The notes beneath the pieces were generated by a model that saw only the letters and a list, made by a program, of their open reading frames with translations, did no database searches and was not told the origin of the DNA. A stretch of DNA of 63,934 bases, counting the filler, from Trichomonas gallinae (lineage: Eukaryota): NCBI GenBank assembly GCA_008369845.1. It is 9 parts of 9 records of this genome, joined end to end, with 100 filler letters (N's around TTAATTAATTAA, not from the genome) between each part and the next. Parts side by side here need not be neighbours in the genome. Positions count along the whole stretch, not along the records: positions 1 to 29,245 come from MRSU01000667.1; 8 more parts are not named here. The stretch is one strand, 5' to 3'. Below, piece after piece: positions 1 through 10,867 of the stretch; the first letter of the stretch is position 1, and each line of letters begins with the position of its first letter. Made by a program: the position numbers and the translations under genes.

Positions 1-144
1 AGCAAGAAAAGGACTGGAGATGGAGTTGCTCGTGAAGCGATTCTTCAAGTCCGAAAATTGAATACTGACATTTTTCAGCCAATTTATTGTTTTGAATACA
101 TTATTTCAGACTCATATTATCAATTTTTGCGTATGAAACAATAA
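1..144 (+). CDS. Possible 3' end of a gene entering the window (frame uncertain)
   Basis: Coding-like composition. Frame 1 is open to TAA at 142-144; frame 2 (ARKGLEMELLVKRFFKSEN*) ends at 61. I cannot choose between them. Confidence 0.3.
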   Translation, partial: SKKRTGDGVAREAILQVRKLNTDIFQPIYCFEYIISDSYYQFLRMKQ

Positions 145-612
145 TATGAGCTAGAAACTATGGATATGTGGTGAATTTTAAAATTGAAAATATGAATAGC
201 AGTTGATGAATGACTTTTAATATCCATAAAACATCTTTCTAAAAGTTTGTATTTGTGTACATTGATAAACAAGATGATTTAAAGAAGTTAACGAATATTT
301 TTAATTTATCAATGAAATTTGATTCATTTGTAATGTCAAAATATCATATCAAACCCAAGAAATCGATTTCTTATTGTAATTTTGAAATGCTGCTTAGTAT
401 TCAAGGATTTCGATTGAAATTTGGAAAAACATCAGTTATTTTTGTATTGTGAGCTAGTTATTAGTAGAAATGTAGATGGTTGTTATGTTAATGGATGTTT
501 TTCAATAGTTTGTCGTATAATGTGAAAAGATACAATTTATTAAATTAATTTGTCTTGTAAAATTTTATTTTGCCATTTTGACATGTAAAGTGGCATTCAT
601 TAGAAATATTTC

Positions 613-2265
613 ATGTCTAGAAGTGATGTAATTCAGAACATTAATAAGGCGCAGAAGCTTGTTAACAGCGGTGACTTTGCTGCTGCTTCTGAGTTAATCC
701 GTAAAAGCTTTGATAAAGTCATCGAGTACAACTTTTATACGCTATTAGATACAATTCTTGACCTTAAAGAGAAATTCGATCAGCACAATAATCACCACGA
801 GCTTGCTATATTCGATGTACTTCTCAGACAGTCACCATTTATTAGATCTTCTAAAGCAAATGAATTATTTAATCATTTTCTCGAAGTTGCTAAGAACTCT
901 AAAGAGCTTTACATCCCGATTCACTCCAAATTCCTCAAAATGTTCCCACTATCGCAAAAATTACGCTTCATCTCCACAGAGTTTGCCACTGCCAAAAATA
1001 TCGAATTTGATTTAAGAATAACTTCGCAATTATCAAATACGCTTCATTGCGATGACATCTCCATTGAGTTTTCTGTTGACAATGGAGAGACTTACGTTCA
1101 TTCTATTGGTCCATACGATCTTACAAATAAGATTCCAACGATTATCAAGTCTGGCTTCGTGCCTCCATCGAAATACAGAACTCTCAGGGCATCATCAGTC
1201 AATCTAAGAGTAGGTAATGTCACAATCACGTTCGAATCGAATTTCAAAGACAAATTATTAATTGTTCCCGATGAGAATTCATGCAGAATTGATGTTTCCA
1301 TGCCAACACAATGCGTAATTGGTACAAATCTTCCGCTCAAAGTCACATTAAATTCTGGCGATCTCAAACTTCATGATCTCCATGTTTCATTCATCCATGA
1401 TAACGCACAGTCATCCATACTCATCAATGGAACATATAACGGAAAGCCAATTGAAAAGGATAATCTTATTGGCGAAATGGAACCAAAATCATCAATAACT
1501 CTTGATTTATCTATTATAACGCATGTTGCATTACAGACTGCCATAATATTGACTGTTTCTTTCCAAACAGATGAGTTTGGTGCAGGAATTTTCAGAAAAC
1601 CATTGAATTTTAATTTCATTTCTCCATTCAAAGCGCAAATGAACTACATGAACGATGATTTTGAAGTTCTCTCGGCTCCAGTCATCCACAGCCGCGTTTC
1701 TTCCGTTATTATTGAGACTTCTTTAACAAATGTTTTATCTTGTCCGATTACAATCCAATCCATAACAGGAACAATTGATTTCTTCCAGCTCGACTATCTG
1801 CCATGCGTTATCAAGCCACTAGAGTCGATGAATTTCCTTGGACAAGTCAAAACTCCAGGAACTCACGAAATTCTTGTAGATTTCACTGCAGAAAACATTG
1901 ACAAAGGTACAATTGAATTCAAGACACCAGAAATAAAGCAGGATAGCAATCCTCTCGTCATTAAATACATTTGCCCTGATAAAGCGACTATCAAAGATCG
2001 CATCGACTGCAAACTCGTTATTGAAAGAGACTTTGGCCTTCCAACTGAGGATGAGATCATGCAGTTCACTCTCCTTGTCGAGAAAACGCCAAACTTCTTC
2101 TTAGAAGGACCAGGTAAAATTAATTTCTGCATAAACAGGAGTGAGACCAGAGAATTCGATATTGGATACTATCCTCTTCATACAGGATCTTTCTATCTAC
2201 CGAAAATCCATATTCCTGAATTATCAAAATCTTTTGTTTCTCAAATTATTATTGCTTATCAATAA
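613..2265 (+). CDS. TRAPP complex large subunit-like protein (TRAPPC11/Gryzun or TRAPPC10 type), 550 aa
   Basis: Helical N-terminus, then tandem Ig-like beta domains; C-terminal YPLHTGSFYLPKIHI fits the PLxxGxxxLPxI ending of TRAPP III subunits. TCATT initiator just upstream. The ORF is solid; the product is tentative. Confidence 0.55.
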   Translation: MSRSDVIQNINKAQKLVNSGDFAAASELIRKSFDKVIEYNFYTLLDTILDLKEKFDQHNNHHELAIFDVLLRQSPFIRSSKANELFNHFLEVAKNSKELYIPIHSKFLKMFPLSQKLRFISTEFATAKNIEFDLRITSQLSNTLHCDDISIEFSVDNGETYVHSIGPYDLTNKIPTIIKSGFVPPSKYRTLRASSVNLRVGNVTITFESNFKDKLLIVPDENSCRIDVSMPTQCVIGTNLPLKVTLNSGDLKLHDLHVSFIHDNAQSSILINGTYNGKPIEKDNLIGEMEPKSSITLDLSIITHVALQTAIILTVSFQTDEFGAGIFRKPLNFNFISPFKAQMNYMNDDFEVLSAPVIHSRVSSVIIETSLTNVLSCPITIQSITGTIDFFQLDYLPCVIKPLESMNFLGQVKTPGTHEILVDFTAENIDKGTIEFKTPEIKQDSNPLVIKYICPDKATIKDRIDCKLVIERDFGLPTEDEIMQFTLLVEKTPNFFLEGPGKINFCINRSETREFDIGYYPLHTGSFYLPKIHIPELSKSFVSQIIIAYQ

Positions 2266-2437
2266 AGTGTCAAATATACTGTATATTTTTCCTATTCTTA
2301 GATTTACATAAAAAAATATAAAAACGTGCCAAAAGCTAGTATTTCAACTTGAATTTCGACATATTTGTTGGATAGTAAACGTACTGAATATAATAGAAAC
2401 AACAAACAAAAAAATTTACTAATATACAAACAAAAAT

Positions 2438-3349
2438 CTAAATAATTGAAGTATTGGGGTTCTTTGATTTGCCAAGAATTCTGTTAACTTTATCTACTGT
2501 ATAAACGTGGCCTGTGTATTGTAATAAATAATTTTTCTCGTTCTTTTTGTTGCCGATATTACTATATATTTTAACAGCCTCTTTTTTCGCCTTCTCTAGG
2601 TCAGTTACGTATTCAGCATAACCTTTTTGAATGAATTCTTTATACTGTTCCATATATTTATTATACAAGATAATATTTCCTGTTGGTCTGAGTTCTAGGG
2701 CAGATCTATGAATATATTCTGGATGAACAAAATACCTATCAATTGGAAAAATTCGATCTAATATATTGTTATATAAGTCTGAAATTTGGGACAATATGGC
2801 TCCTTTCAGCATACTTTTAAGCTTGTATTTACCTTCACATAAGATAAATTCGAGCTTTTCGCTTAATTTATCTGAATTATCCCAAAAATTTTCTTGTATA
2901 TGCTTTAACATGTTATTTTGTAGCACTCTATTGAATTGCTTACGAAATTTGTCGATTTTCGATTCTAATTCTGATTCTGAATATTGATTTTTAAAAAATT
3001 GAGAATAATATCCAGAATCTATCCTGCATTCTGGCACTCTCCTGAATCCATCAGGACACCATTGGCATTCAGGATGCAATGGTTTGTTTGATCGAAAATA
3101 TATTTTTTCAATTAACGAATTATAAGCGACTACTTCGTATCTAATACTATCGCCGTAGTTGATGAAGTACCAGCCACCGTAAGGAGTGAGAATAATTTCT
3201 TTGTTACCGATTTTTCCGAAAACTTGAAATTTGAAATAATCTGAAGGATCACCAGCAATTGCTTGGACAAGGATTAACTCTGGCGTTATTTTAGAAACAG
3301 GTTTCGAGCATAAATCTTTATCAAGATTTATTACAGAAACATAGGACAT
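2438..3349 (-). CDS. Hypothetical protein, 303 aa
   Basis: Long ATG-started ORF between AT-rich spacers; no recognised motif. Confidence 0.7.
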   Translation of the reverse strand: MSYVSVINLDKDLCSKPVSKITPELILVQAIAGDPSDYFKFQVFGKIGNKEIILTPYGGWYFINYGDSIRYEVVAYNSLIEKIYFRSNKPLHPECQWCPDGFRRVPECRIDSGYYSQFFKNQYSESELESKIDKFRKQFNRVLQNNMLKHIQENFWDNSDKLSEKLEFILCEGKYKLKSMLKGAILSQISDLYNNILDRIFPIDRYFVHPEYIHRSALELRPTGNIILYNKYMEQYKEFIQKGYAEYVTDLEKAKKEAVKIYSNIGNKKNEKNYLLQYTGHVYTVDKVNRILGKSKNPNTSII

Positions 3350-3684
3350 GGAAAATTCGTGTTAAAATCTGTGATGATTCTGATTATCTCAAAAATTAAT
3401 TAAATAATCAAAAACGTGAAAATGACATGTAAAATTATTTACTTGGCAAATTAACCTCCATCACTAATTATTACCTGTCTATATCTAGCATTAAATATAC
3501 AGCTGAATATTAATGAAATATTCAATATTATGAATCATTTAACAAAAATATTAAAATTCCAAATGTTTCACTGCATACCAAACGAATAGGAAGCCTGTGT
3601 TAATGTCTATATTATAATGAATTGTTAGAAAAAAGCAAAATTTATTAAATTTAATTCATGGAGAAAATTATAAAACAAAGTATA

Positions 3685-6600
3685 TTAGCAGTAGAATATA
3701 TTGTTTTGGGAGTTCTGGAATGAATCATATGCATATGTCGTGACTGAATCAAGAGATGAAGTGATAAGGCCTTTGATATAATCTGGGAGTTCATTTGCAC
3801 TCTTTGTCAGTGCGAATCTATCCTTCAGCCACTTGATTGAGTTCTTGTTGAAGCATGATAGGCCGGCGTTCATCATGAGCTCGACGATGTTGCAGATCTC
3901 GATGTATCTGGCTTGGGCAGCTAAGAAGCATCTCATGAAGAGCTTGACAAATCTCTGGAATGGTACGGAATCAATTGAGCCGCCGAGAAGGTTGACGTAT
4001 TCCTTCGTCAGCTTGAATGGCGCACGCTCGAACTTGATGTTGCCGCCGGGAGAGATCTCGAAGATGAAGCCGAAGTCAATGTGAATGATGTGGCCCTCGT
4101 CGTCGATCATGATGTTAGCGTTGTGGCGGTCCTTCACCTGGAACAAATAGCAAATCAGCGAATATGTTGCCAAGCTCTTGATGAAGTTATCCTGTGCAGC
4201 ATTGAACTTTGGCGAGCCGATTGGACCGAACTTTGTTGTGAAGTAATGCAAAAGTTCGCAGTTCATCTTCATGCCAATGTCGTGCCTCGAAGAAGCGTGC
4301 TCGATCAGCTCAATGACGCCTCTGTCGTAGCCAGTAGTGAAGACTTTGTACGGGCAGACAAAAGTATCCAAGCCTGCCTCGTCGAAGATTACGCCGAACT
4401 TATCTATCAGCTGGATCATCAGGCAGTCAGTTCTGACATCGTCCTGTATCTTGAAGATGCAGCCGTAAGGGAAGACTTGGCCCTCCTTGTTCTGGACTTT
4501 GAAGTTGACTAAGATTGGAACGCGCGAGTGACTCTTGAGTGGAGTTGAATCTTCGGCGTTGATTCCGACAATCCTCAATTCTGGGCGTGATGGTACATAT
4601 AAGTCTGAGGACAAGTTCATCGCTTTGAGCTCTGTGATGAGCATATCCTTCCTCTCTTCTATCTTAAGAGGCTTCAATCTCTGCGAGATTCTGTCGAGTT
4701 CCTCGATCAAGCCGAACTCGTTCATCTGGCGCTGCCTGACTGGCGTCGAGAATCCCCTGATGATGTTGCCTTCGATCTTAGGGAGTCTTCTGGCGTATTT
4801 GGGATCCGTGCTGTCCGGGTGGCCTTTCTCGTTGGCGATGTTCCACAATAACCTGTGGGCGAACATTTCGTGAGTCTTCGCGTATTCGACCAAAAACTCT
4901 CTCATGGCCTTGCATTTGTCGAATCTAATGGACTGAACTAACTGTGGGACCATGAGCATAGCATCTCTCTCTTCAAGCTTGTGCAAAGCGTGTGTAACAA
5001 ACTTGGATGTCGTTGGATTGGCGAGAAGCTCTGGCTGTATGAGAGTTAAGGCGATTGTTGGCGCGATTTCGACTTCCGTGTTGATGGCCTGCGGCGCGTA
5101 TCTTGCGATAAAATGGACCAAGTTTTCTTCGTTCGCGATCTTTGACTGGTAGTTCTTGACCAAGTTAGGAATCTCCTTGATGAAGTCGTCGCTGACATTG
5201 AGGATGTCGACGAAAGCGAAAGTGGATGTCGGCGTCAATGTCAAGATGATCGGGAGGACTTCGTTGAAATAGTAATACCTTGGCTTGACCCAGTACGTGT
5301 TGATGTAGTCGTTCTCGAGCAAATGCTGTTCCGTTGGGTTGGCATATGTCGAGAAGGACATTGTGACTTGAGCGAGACAGAACAAGATCAAGTTCGTGAA
5401 CTTCACAAGCAGTGTCTGGTCCATGGTGATGCTCAAAGACGGGTTCTGCGTGTTCTGTAGAACGAACGTTGCCTTGTTGCTGTCGACGAGTTGCTTGATC
5501 GATGGAATGATTTTGTATAACAGCGCGACTTCGCTCAAAGTGATGTGCATGTGGATGCCTGGTGTCCTGGACATCGCGATGACCCTGCAGGCGACGTCCA
5601 AAAGAACAATCATGTTGTTCATGTTTCCCGCTGTCTCGAACTCGTGGGCGGTCTTGCATTGCATCACAGAAATGATCAGGTAGAGCAATGTGGTGTAGCA
5701 GTGGCAAGCGCCCGCATGTTTGAGCATGATGCCGTCCTTAAGGAAGTAGAGCTGCGGAATGATCTTGCTTGTGAACGTGTTGAGCTTGATCAAGTATGTG
5801 AAGAAAGAGAAAATGGCCGTCTGCTCGCGAATGTCGTCGGCGTTGTATTCGGATGAGAAGATGCCCTTCTTGGACATGTACGTGTGAATGTATCTCTTCG
5901 CGAGGTAGTCGACTAAGTCGTCAGCTAACTTCATTGACTCGCAGAAGACCATTGACCACAGTCTGACTTTCTCTCTCGTGGGGATCTTATACGGAATCTG
6001 CTCCAGTAAACTGATGTCGTTCGTCTTCGTGATCTTGATGACCAAATATCTTGCCTTCGTGACGTTGTCGAAGGCGTCTAAGTTCTCTGGAATATAGAGG
6101 CTCATGCCCTGCATCATGCTGATGACGGCATAGTAATCAGAGAAGTGACTTCTGACACCTGGTGGCAGATTTTCATATAGTTCGTTAAACATCAACGCCC
6201 TCGCTTCAGCTTGTTCTCTGACGGCGCATATTGCGAATATGGTAAATAGAAGTGTAGGAGTGTCCGCGGCCGCGATTTTGACGAGCTCCTTGAAGAAGTT
6301 GGAGAAGTTGAGCATAATGTTCTTGGAAAGCTGGTCCTTCGAGTTCATGAAGACTTGCCACGACTCTCTGTTCAAAATAGCCATGGTGAACTTGGTGAAG
6401 AACCTGGAAGTGATGCTGGCAGCTGCTCTAGAGCGCCTTGAGCCGTGAACAAGGAAAGAACGAAGCAATACTTCTGCTGTTGGGAAAACTGCTTCAGATT
6501 TCGTGATGGTTTCGCTCATGGCACTTACATGGTGGACGTATGTGGCGAATATAGGCTCTAGGAAGGAATCGATGATCTGATCAAATTGTTGATTGTATGA

Positions 6601-7800
6601 ATAATCCATATATTCGAAGAATGTCCACAAATCTCCACTTGCCGCTCTGAACTTTTCAAGCGTGTAAATGCAAAGAAGGAAAATTCCATAAGATGGCGAT
6701 AATAATTTGAGAGCAGCGATATTCACTTCAGGAATCAGCGGTTTGATTGCTGCAGACATTTCATCTGATGTAGCGTAGATTTTGACATGAGCAGATTTGA
6801 TGTTGACGTCGTTAATCAATGTGTCTACACTTTTTGGATTAATTGAGCTGCAAACTGATGTAAATGGAAGTGTATTGGATGCAATTCTGCGAAGGTGGAC
6901 GCTCCATGTGAAGTAGACAGAGAAATCGCCTTTGCTGAATAAAACTAAAGAAACCCAGAAAGAATTTAATAATGTTTGAATGTCAAGAGTTGGCTGGATG
7001 CAACCTAAGCCAGTAGATACAATACTGATGATCTCTCCGATATATCCTGTGTAGTTGAATTGAGAAACATTTCTGAGTTTTGCGCAATCGACAATCGAGA
7101 AAATAATTGCAAAGCTGGCGTTTAAAATTGCCTTGACGAGTGATACTGAGAGTGTAGATTTCTTGACATTGAGAATATGACGGAAAGCTTCACAACATTC
7201 CTGGAAATAATGCAAATCTGGAATTGGATTCTTATTAATCATTCTTGGATCAGGAACCAACTTCATTATGCATATCTGCAAGTTCTTGCCTGCGGTATCG
7301 ATCTCAGATACTGTAAATTTATCAGTGATTCTCGGAAAAGCAAGAAATAGTGCTGTCAATGGAGAATATTTTGTCTTCGTGTCTACATTGATGGCCTTAT
7401 CTGCTTCTGCACGCGTCAATTTGAACGAAGTCGAACGCTGTCGATATCTTGGCAATGTTTCTGCGCTAGAAACTTCATCTGAGTTACGTCTATGGTGAGC
7501 TGGCTTTGCGTATTCTATATATAATGAAGGATTTAATATCATTTTCTGGAAAAAGTCAAATATTTTGTTTCTATTATTTGCATAAGTTGTTTTTGAAAAA
7601 TATGCGAGTAAAACATTCAAACTTTGTCTATCATAGATGTTTTCCATGCATTTAATGATCTCTAAAAGCTGCCCCTCTTCATTTGTAATAACATCGAGCG
7701 AAACACTTGTTGGAATTTGTCCACTCGAAGGAGTCAAGCCTCCCTGAATCGTGACGCTCGACTTAGTTGAGTTATCTGCATTTTCGCTGTTTTGCGTCAT
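3685..7800 (-). CDS. Phosphatidylinositol 4-kinase type III alpha (Stt4-like), 1371 aa
   Basis: PIK helical domain (VPQLVQSIRFD, AHRLLWN) and kinase motifs PLKSHSRVP, IFKIQDDVRTD, QVKDRHNANIM, HIDFGF, FERAPFKLT; C-terminal YDSFQNSQNNIF. Confidence 0.95.
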   Translation of the reverse strand: MTQNSENADNSTKSSVTIQGGLTPSSGQIPTSVSLDVITNEEGQLLEIIKCMENIYDRQSLNVLLAYFSKTTYANNRNKIFDFFQKMILNPSLYIEYAKPAHHRRNSDEVSSAETLPRYRQRSTSFKLTRAEADKAINVDTKTKYSPLTALFLAFPRITDKFTVSEIDTAGKNLQICIMKLVPDPRMINKNPIPDLHYFQECCEAFRHILNVKKSTLSVSLVKAILNASFAIIFSIVDCAKLRNVSQFNYTGYIGEIISIVSTGLGCIQPTLDIQTLLNSFWVSLVLFSKGDFSVYFTWSVHLRRIASNTLPFTSVCSSINPKSVDTLINDVNIKSAHVKIYATSDEMSAAIKPLIPEVNIAALKLLSPSYGIFLLCIYTLEKFRAASGDLWTFFEYMDYSYNQQFDQIIDSFLEPIFATYVHHVSAMSETITKSEAVFPTAEVLLRSFLVHGSRRSRAAASITSRFFTKFTMAILNRESWQVFMNSKDQLSKNIMLNFSNFFKELVKIAAADTPTLLFTIFAICAVREQAEARALMFNELYENLPPGVRSHFSDYYAVISMMQGMSLYIPENLDAFDNVTKARYLVIKITKTNDISLLEQIPYKIPTREKVRLWSMVFCESMKLADDLVDYLAKRYIHTYMSKKGIFSSEYNADDIREQTAIFSFFTYLIKLNTFTSKIIPQLYFLKDGIMLKHAGACHCYTTLLYLIISVMQCKTAHEFETAGNMNNMIVLLDVACRVIAMSRTPGIHMHITLSEVALLYKIIPSIKQLVDSNKATFVLQNTQNPSLSITMDQTLLVKFTNLILFCLAQVTMSFSTYANPTEQHLLENDYINTYWVKPRYYYFNEVLPIILTLTPTSTFAFVDILNVSDDFIKEIPNLVKNYQSKIANEENLVHFIARYAPQAINTEVEIAPTIALTLIQPELLANPTTSKFVTHALHKLEERDAMLMVPQLVQSIRFDKCKAMREFLVEYAKTHEMFAHRLLWNIANEKGHPDSTDPKYARRLPKIEGNIIRGFSTPVRQRQMNEFGLIEELDRISQRLKPLKIEERKDMLITELKAMNLSSDLYVPSRPELRIVGINAEDSTPLKSHSRVPILVNFKVQNKEGQVFPYGCIFKIQDDVRTDCLMIQLIDKFGVIFDEAGLDTFVCPYKVFTTGYDRGVIELIEHASSRHDIGMKMNCELLHYFTTKFGPIGSPKFNAAQDNFIKSLATYSLICYLFQVKDRHNANIMIDDEGHIIHIDFGFIFEISPGGNIKFERAPFKLTKEYVNLLGGSIDSVPFQRFVKLFMRCFLAAQARYIEICNIVELMMNAGLSCFNKNSIKWLKDRFALTKSANELPDYIKGLITSSLDSVTTYAYDSFQNSQNNIFYC

Positions 7801-7826
7801 TTTTTTAAAAAATCTAAAATAAATTT

Positions 7827-7834
7827 GTCACTTT
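7827..7834 (-). promoter_or_regulatory. AAAGTGAC (Trichomonas M2-type core promoter motif) upstream of the PI4K gene
   Basis: Exact AAAGTGAC on the minus strand, 26 nt before the ATG. Confidence 0.5.
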
Positions 7835-8367
7835 TGTTTTCCGATCATTTTTGATCCAACTTTTCTAGTTTTGACTGCCAAATATGTATGGAATCCGTTT
7901 ATAGGTTCAAAATTCCTTTATTTTGACTTTTAATTTATTTCGCCGGCAATAAATCGAAGTTAACGATCATGACATTGACATAATACATGCTTAGACCCTA
8001 TACATTAACCCCTCCTGTCCAAATTCTTGGAATAGCTTATTGATATTTTTCAAAAAATATTCACAGCGTAATCGACTACTATCATTACTAATTTAGCATA
8101 TTATCTATCCATACATGCCATCTGTAGACATTATTTTACATAATTACAAATTTTATAAAATATCGCAAATTAAATTTACAATTAATAGAAAATTCACAAT
8201 GAAATCATCTGTTTTGCGTTATAATATAATAGATTAAATGTGTAAAAATAATCATTTATGTTAAAATTTCCAAAATTTCAATTTTCATTTGGAAATCAAT
8301 GTGTTAGAAAGAAATATTAAACATAAATTATAAAATTTTATACAATACAATCAAAATCTAATCAAAG

Positions 8368-10011
8368 TTATTCTATTATGCTCTTAATTCTCTGGAATTC
8401 GCTCATAAGTGTATCAACGTGAAGCCTTCCACCCGGCTGAAAGTCGCTCTTGTTGTTGTTGTCGAGGTCCTCAGCCATCTTCTTAGCGAGGCTAAGCTGA
8501 TAATCATTCATCGCAGGTGGAATCTTTCTCTTATACAGATAATAAGAGCGCTGGAGGAATCCTCTTAGATACAATGGATATTGGATGAGATCTTCGTCAT
8601 TCTGGATGATCCTTTCCATCTCTTTGAAGACTGTATCTGGATTTAATAATAATTCTATCGAATGTTGAAGTGAAGGATCTAAAATAGGCTCTGCTTCATC
8701 TTGATCTACTGGCTCCTCTTCAACTGGCTGTGGTTGTTCTTGGACAACTTCTTGAACTGGTGCTGATTCTTTTAATGCATCGATGTATTCGTTGAGTTTT
8801 TCGATTTTCTCTGGATTGAGAAGAATATGTGCTTCTGGGGCAGCTTCTATGACAGCATCAGGGCCTTGTGACGTTACAAATGTATCAAATAAATCATTCA
8901 CCGCTAAAACTGCATCTGTGAACTGATCCTGGTTAGTTTTAGGCGTTTGCATAACTGTATCGATGATTACTGCCAAAAACTCGCCGAGAATCTCTTTATC
9001 TATCGGAGTGCACTTATCAATATGCGAAATAATGCTCTGGCAAGCAGCAGTAATGATAGGGTATGATTCATGGAATGTCTGCATGGCAATGAGAAGATCT
9101 CTGACGTAATCTGATGGATTTTTAATTCCCAATGGACGATTAAAAGCTTTGATGCGATTTAACACTGCTTCTTCGTCTGTTAGCTCCGACATATCTGTAT
9201 TTTGCTCAATTTCGGCCTGCTCAGTGAATTTTGAAAGCTTTTCCTTTACTCCTTTGCATATTTCAACATTTGTTTTGTTCTTTCTTGTCAATCCTTTCTC
9301 GATGCCCTGCTCGAGATCGTGATTGGATTTTGCGGTAAGGTAAAGGACCTGTTTGCATATTTCGATGATTGGTGCTGATTCAACGCCGAGATTCATAATT
9401 GCAGTGAATAAAACGATGACTTCATTAGGGCGACTTTGCATATCTCCTTGTAAAAACTTCCTTACGAAGAACAAAGTCTTCTGAACGCAACTTTCTACGC
9501 TGCAAATTGAAATAACGAGTGAGCAATAAAGCAAAACGAAATCTGTTAACGCGTAAAGAGATGCTGGATTGATCTGAAAGATATCGTTCAAGCAATCTAG
9601 TGAGTTGTCGATTGATTCTACGTAAGCATTTGTTCTTTGTGTTCCCATGTTGGATCTGTGCTCAAATCTATTTGTTTTTGCGGTTGAAAAACCTTGTGAA
9701 AAGAAATTATCAACAAATTTCTGTTGAAAATACTTTGTGCACAAAGTCTTCGAATATTGCCAGATTTTTTCAGCTTTGTCAGCTTTTAATGAAAAAGCAT
9801 GATTGTAGCAGTCTGGTTCTAATACTCTCTCGCTTAGTTTCTTAAGATTAGGCTCGACACGATAATATTTATTTGGTTTGACCGAAGATCTTCTTTCTTT
9901 GCTTATGGATTTGCGTGGAATATTCGAATCTAGCTTTGACATTGGACGAGAGCCTCCCATACTTGGTCTCGGGATTTTCGTTCCAGTACTAAGTCGCGGA
10001 ATTCTACTCAT
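8368..10011 (-). CDS. Hypothetical helical-repeat protein with N-terminal SxIP motifs, 547 aa
   Basis: Basic Ser/Pro-rich N-terminus with SRIP, TKIP and SNIP, followed by amphipathic helices. Confidence 0.75.
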   Translation of the reverse strand: MSRIPRLSTGTKIPRPSMGGSRPMSKLDSNIPRKSISKERRSSVKPNKYYRVEPNLKKLSERVLEPDCYNHAFSLKADKAEKIWQYSKTLCTKYFQQKFVDNFFSQGFSTAKTNRFEHRSNMGTQRTNAYVESIDNSLDCLNDIFQINPASLYALTDFVLLYCSLVISICSVESCVQKTLFFVRKFLQGDMQSRPNEVIVLFTAIMNLGVESAPIIEICKQVLYLTAKSNHDLEQGIEKGLTRKNKTNVEICKGVKEKLSKFTEQAEIEQNTDMSELTDEEAVLNRIKAFNRPLGIKNPSDYVRDLLIAMQTFHESYPIITAACQSIISHIDKCTPIDKEILGEFLAVIIDTVMQTPKTNQDQFTDAVLAVNDLFDTFVTSQGPDAVIEAAPEAHILLNPEKIEKLNEYIDALKESAPVQEVVQEQPQPVEEEPVDQDEAEPILDPSLQHSIELLLNPDTVFKEMERIIQNDEDLIQYPLYLRGFLQRSYYLYKRKIPPAMNDYQLSLAKKMAEDLDNNNKSDFQPGGRLHVDTLMSEFQRIKSIIE

Positions 10012-10315
10012 CTTAGAGACCGTTTATCAATTTTTCATTTTTTATCAATTTTTTCATCAAAAATATCGTAAATTTCAAGTTTTGACATAATGAAACAATA
10101 TTTTAATAAAACTAAATAATAGATTTTATAACATTTTTAATATTCAATATAATCATCATCAGAAATTCATACATTATCGGTAAAAAAAATAATGAAATTT
10201 TATATGTTAAAAAGATTCTCAAATCAATACTTTGTTCATGCTCTAGTATGTATATGCTTATGAAATAGTTAATTGATTTTTAATACAAACAATAGATAAT
10301 ATTTTAGTTAAATAA

Positions 10316-10867
10316 TTAATGATGTAAGGAACAATTTTGATCATTTTCTGACATTACACGATCGCATTTTGGACATTTTTTGAGGAAAATTTGTTTATCG
10401 AAATTTGGATCGAAAGATAAATGATTAATGCAGTATTTGAATGTTGGAACAGCTGTATTTAAGCATGTGGCAAAGCTACAAAGCTCAATTGGCGCTGATA
10501 AATGATCTTCTTCAGATTCCATTTTAAGTTTTGTTGCTTTTGCGCGTTTAAACTGAACGAATTCTTCGGCTGTTGGAAAAGGAGAAATTTTCTCCGAGTA
10601 AACTTCATTTGTTTGCTCTTTGTTCGAACTTAATTTTAAGCGATTGAATACAATCTGTTCAATTGACGCGGAAATAAGCATTTCTTTGGTTTCTTCTCCG
10701 ATAACATTCTCTTTTGTTGGAACTTTTAGCGGAAATGTTTCTTGAACATTCACAGCAACTATATTTTGCTTTGGAATTCGTGCTGTTAGTATTGGATTGG
10801 TGCCAATCGGAGGATCTGTATCAATTCCGCATTCCTTTAATGCTTGGGCAAAAAGTTCTGCATTCAT
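10316..10867 (-). CDS. zf-C3Hc3H domain protein (KANSL2/INO80D-type zinc finger), 183 aa
   Basis: C-terminal CSFATC...AVPTFKYCINHLSFDP...FLKKCPKC...CSLH gives the double C3H pattern. Confidence 0.7.
   Translation of the reverse strand: MNAELFAQALKECGIDTDPPIGTNPILTARIPKQNIVAVNVQETFPLKVPTKENVIGEETKEMLISASIEQIVFNRLKLSSNKEQTNEVYSEKISPFPTAEEFVQFKRAKATKLKMESEEDHLSAPIELCSFATCLNTAVPTFKYCINHLSFDPNFDKQIFLKKCPKCDRVMSENDQNCSLHH

Noticed and set aside
3833..7498. Numerous overlapping or antisense ORFs in the track (also within 11511-13956 and 45435-48118)
   Set aside because: Shadows of GC3-rich real genes, mostly with non-ATG starts and no motifs.
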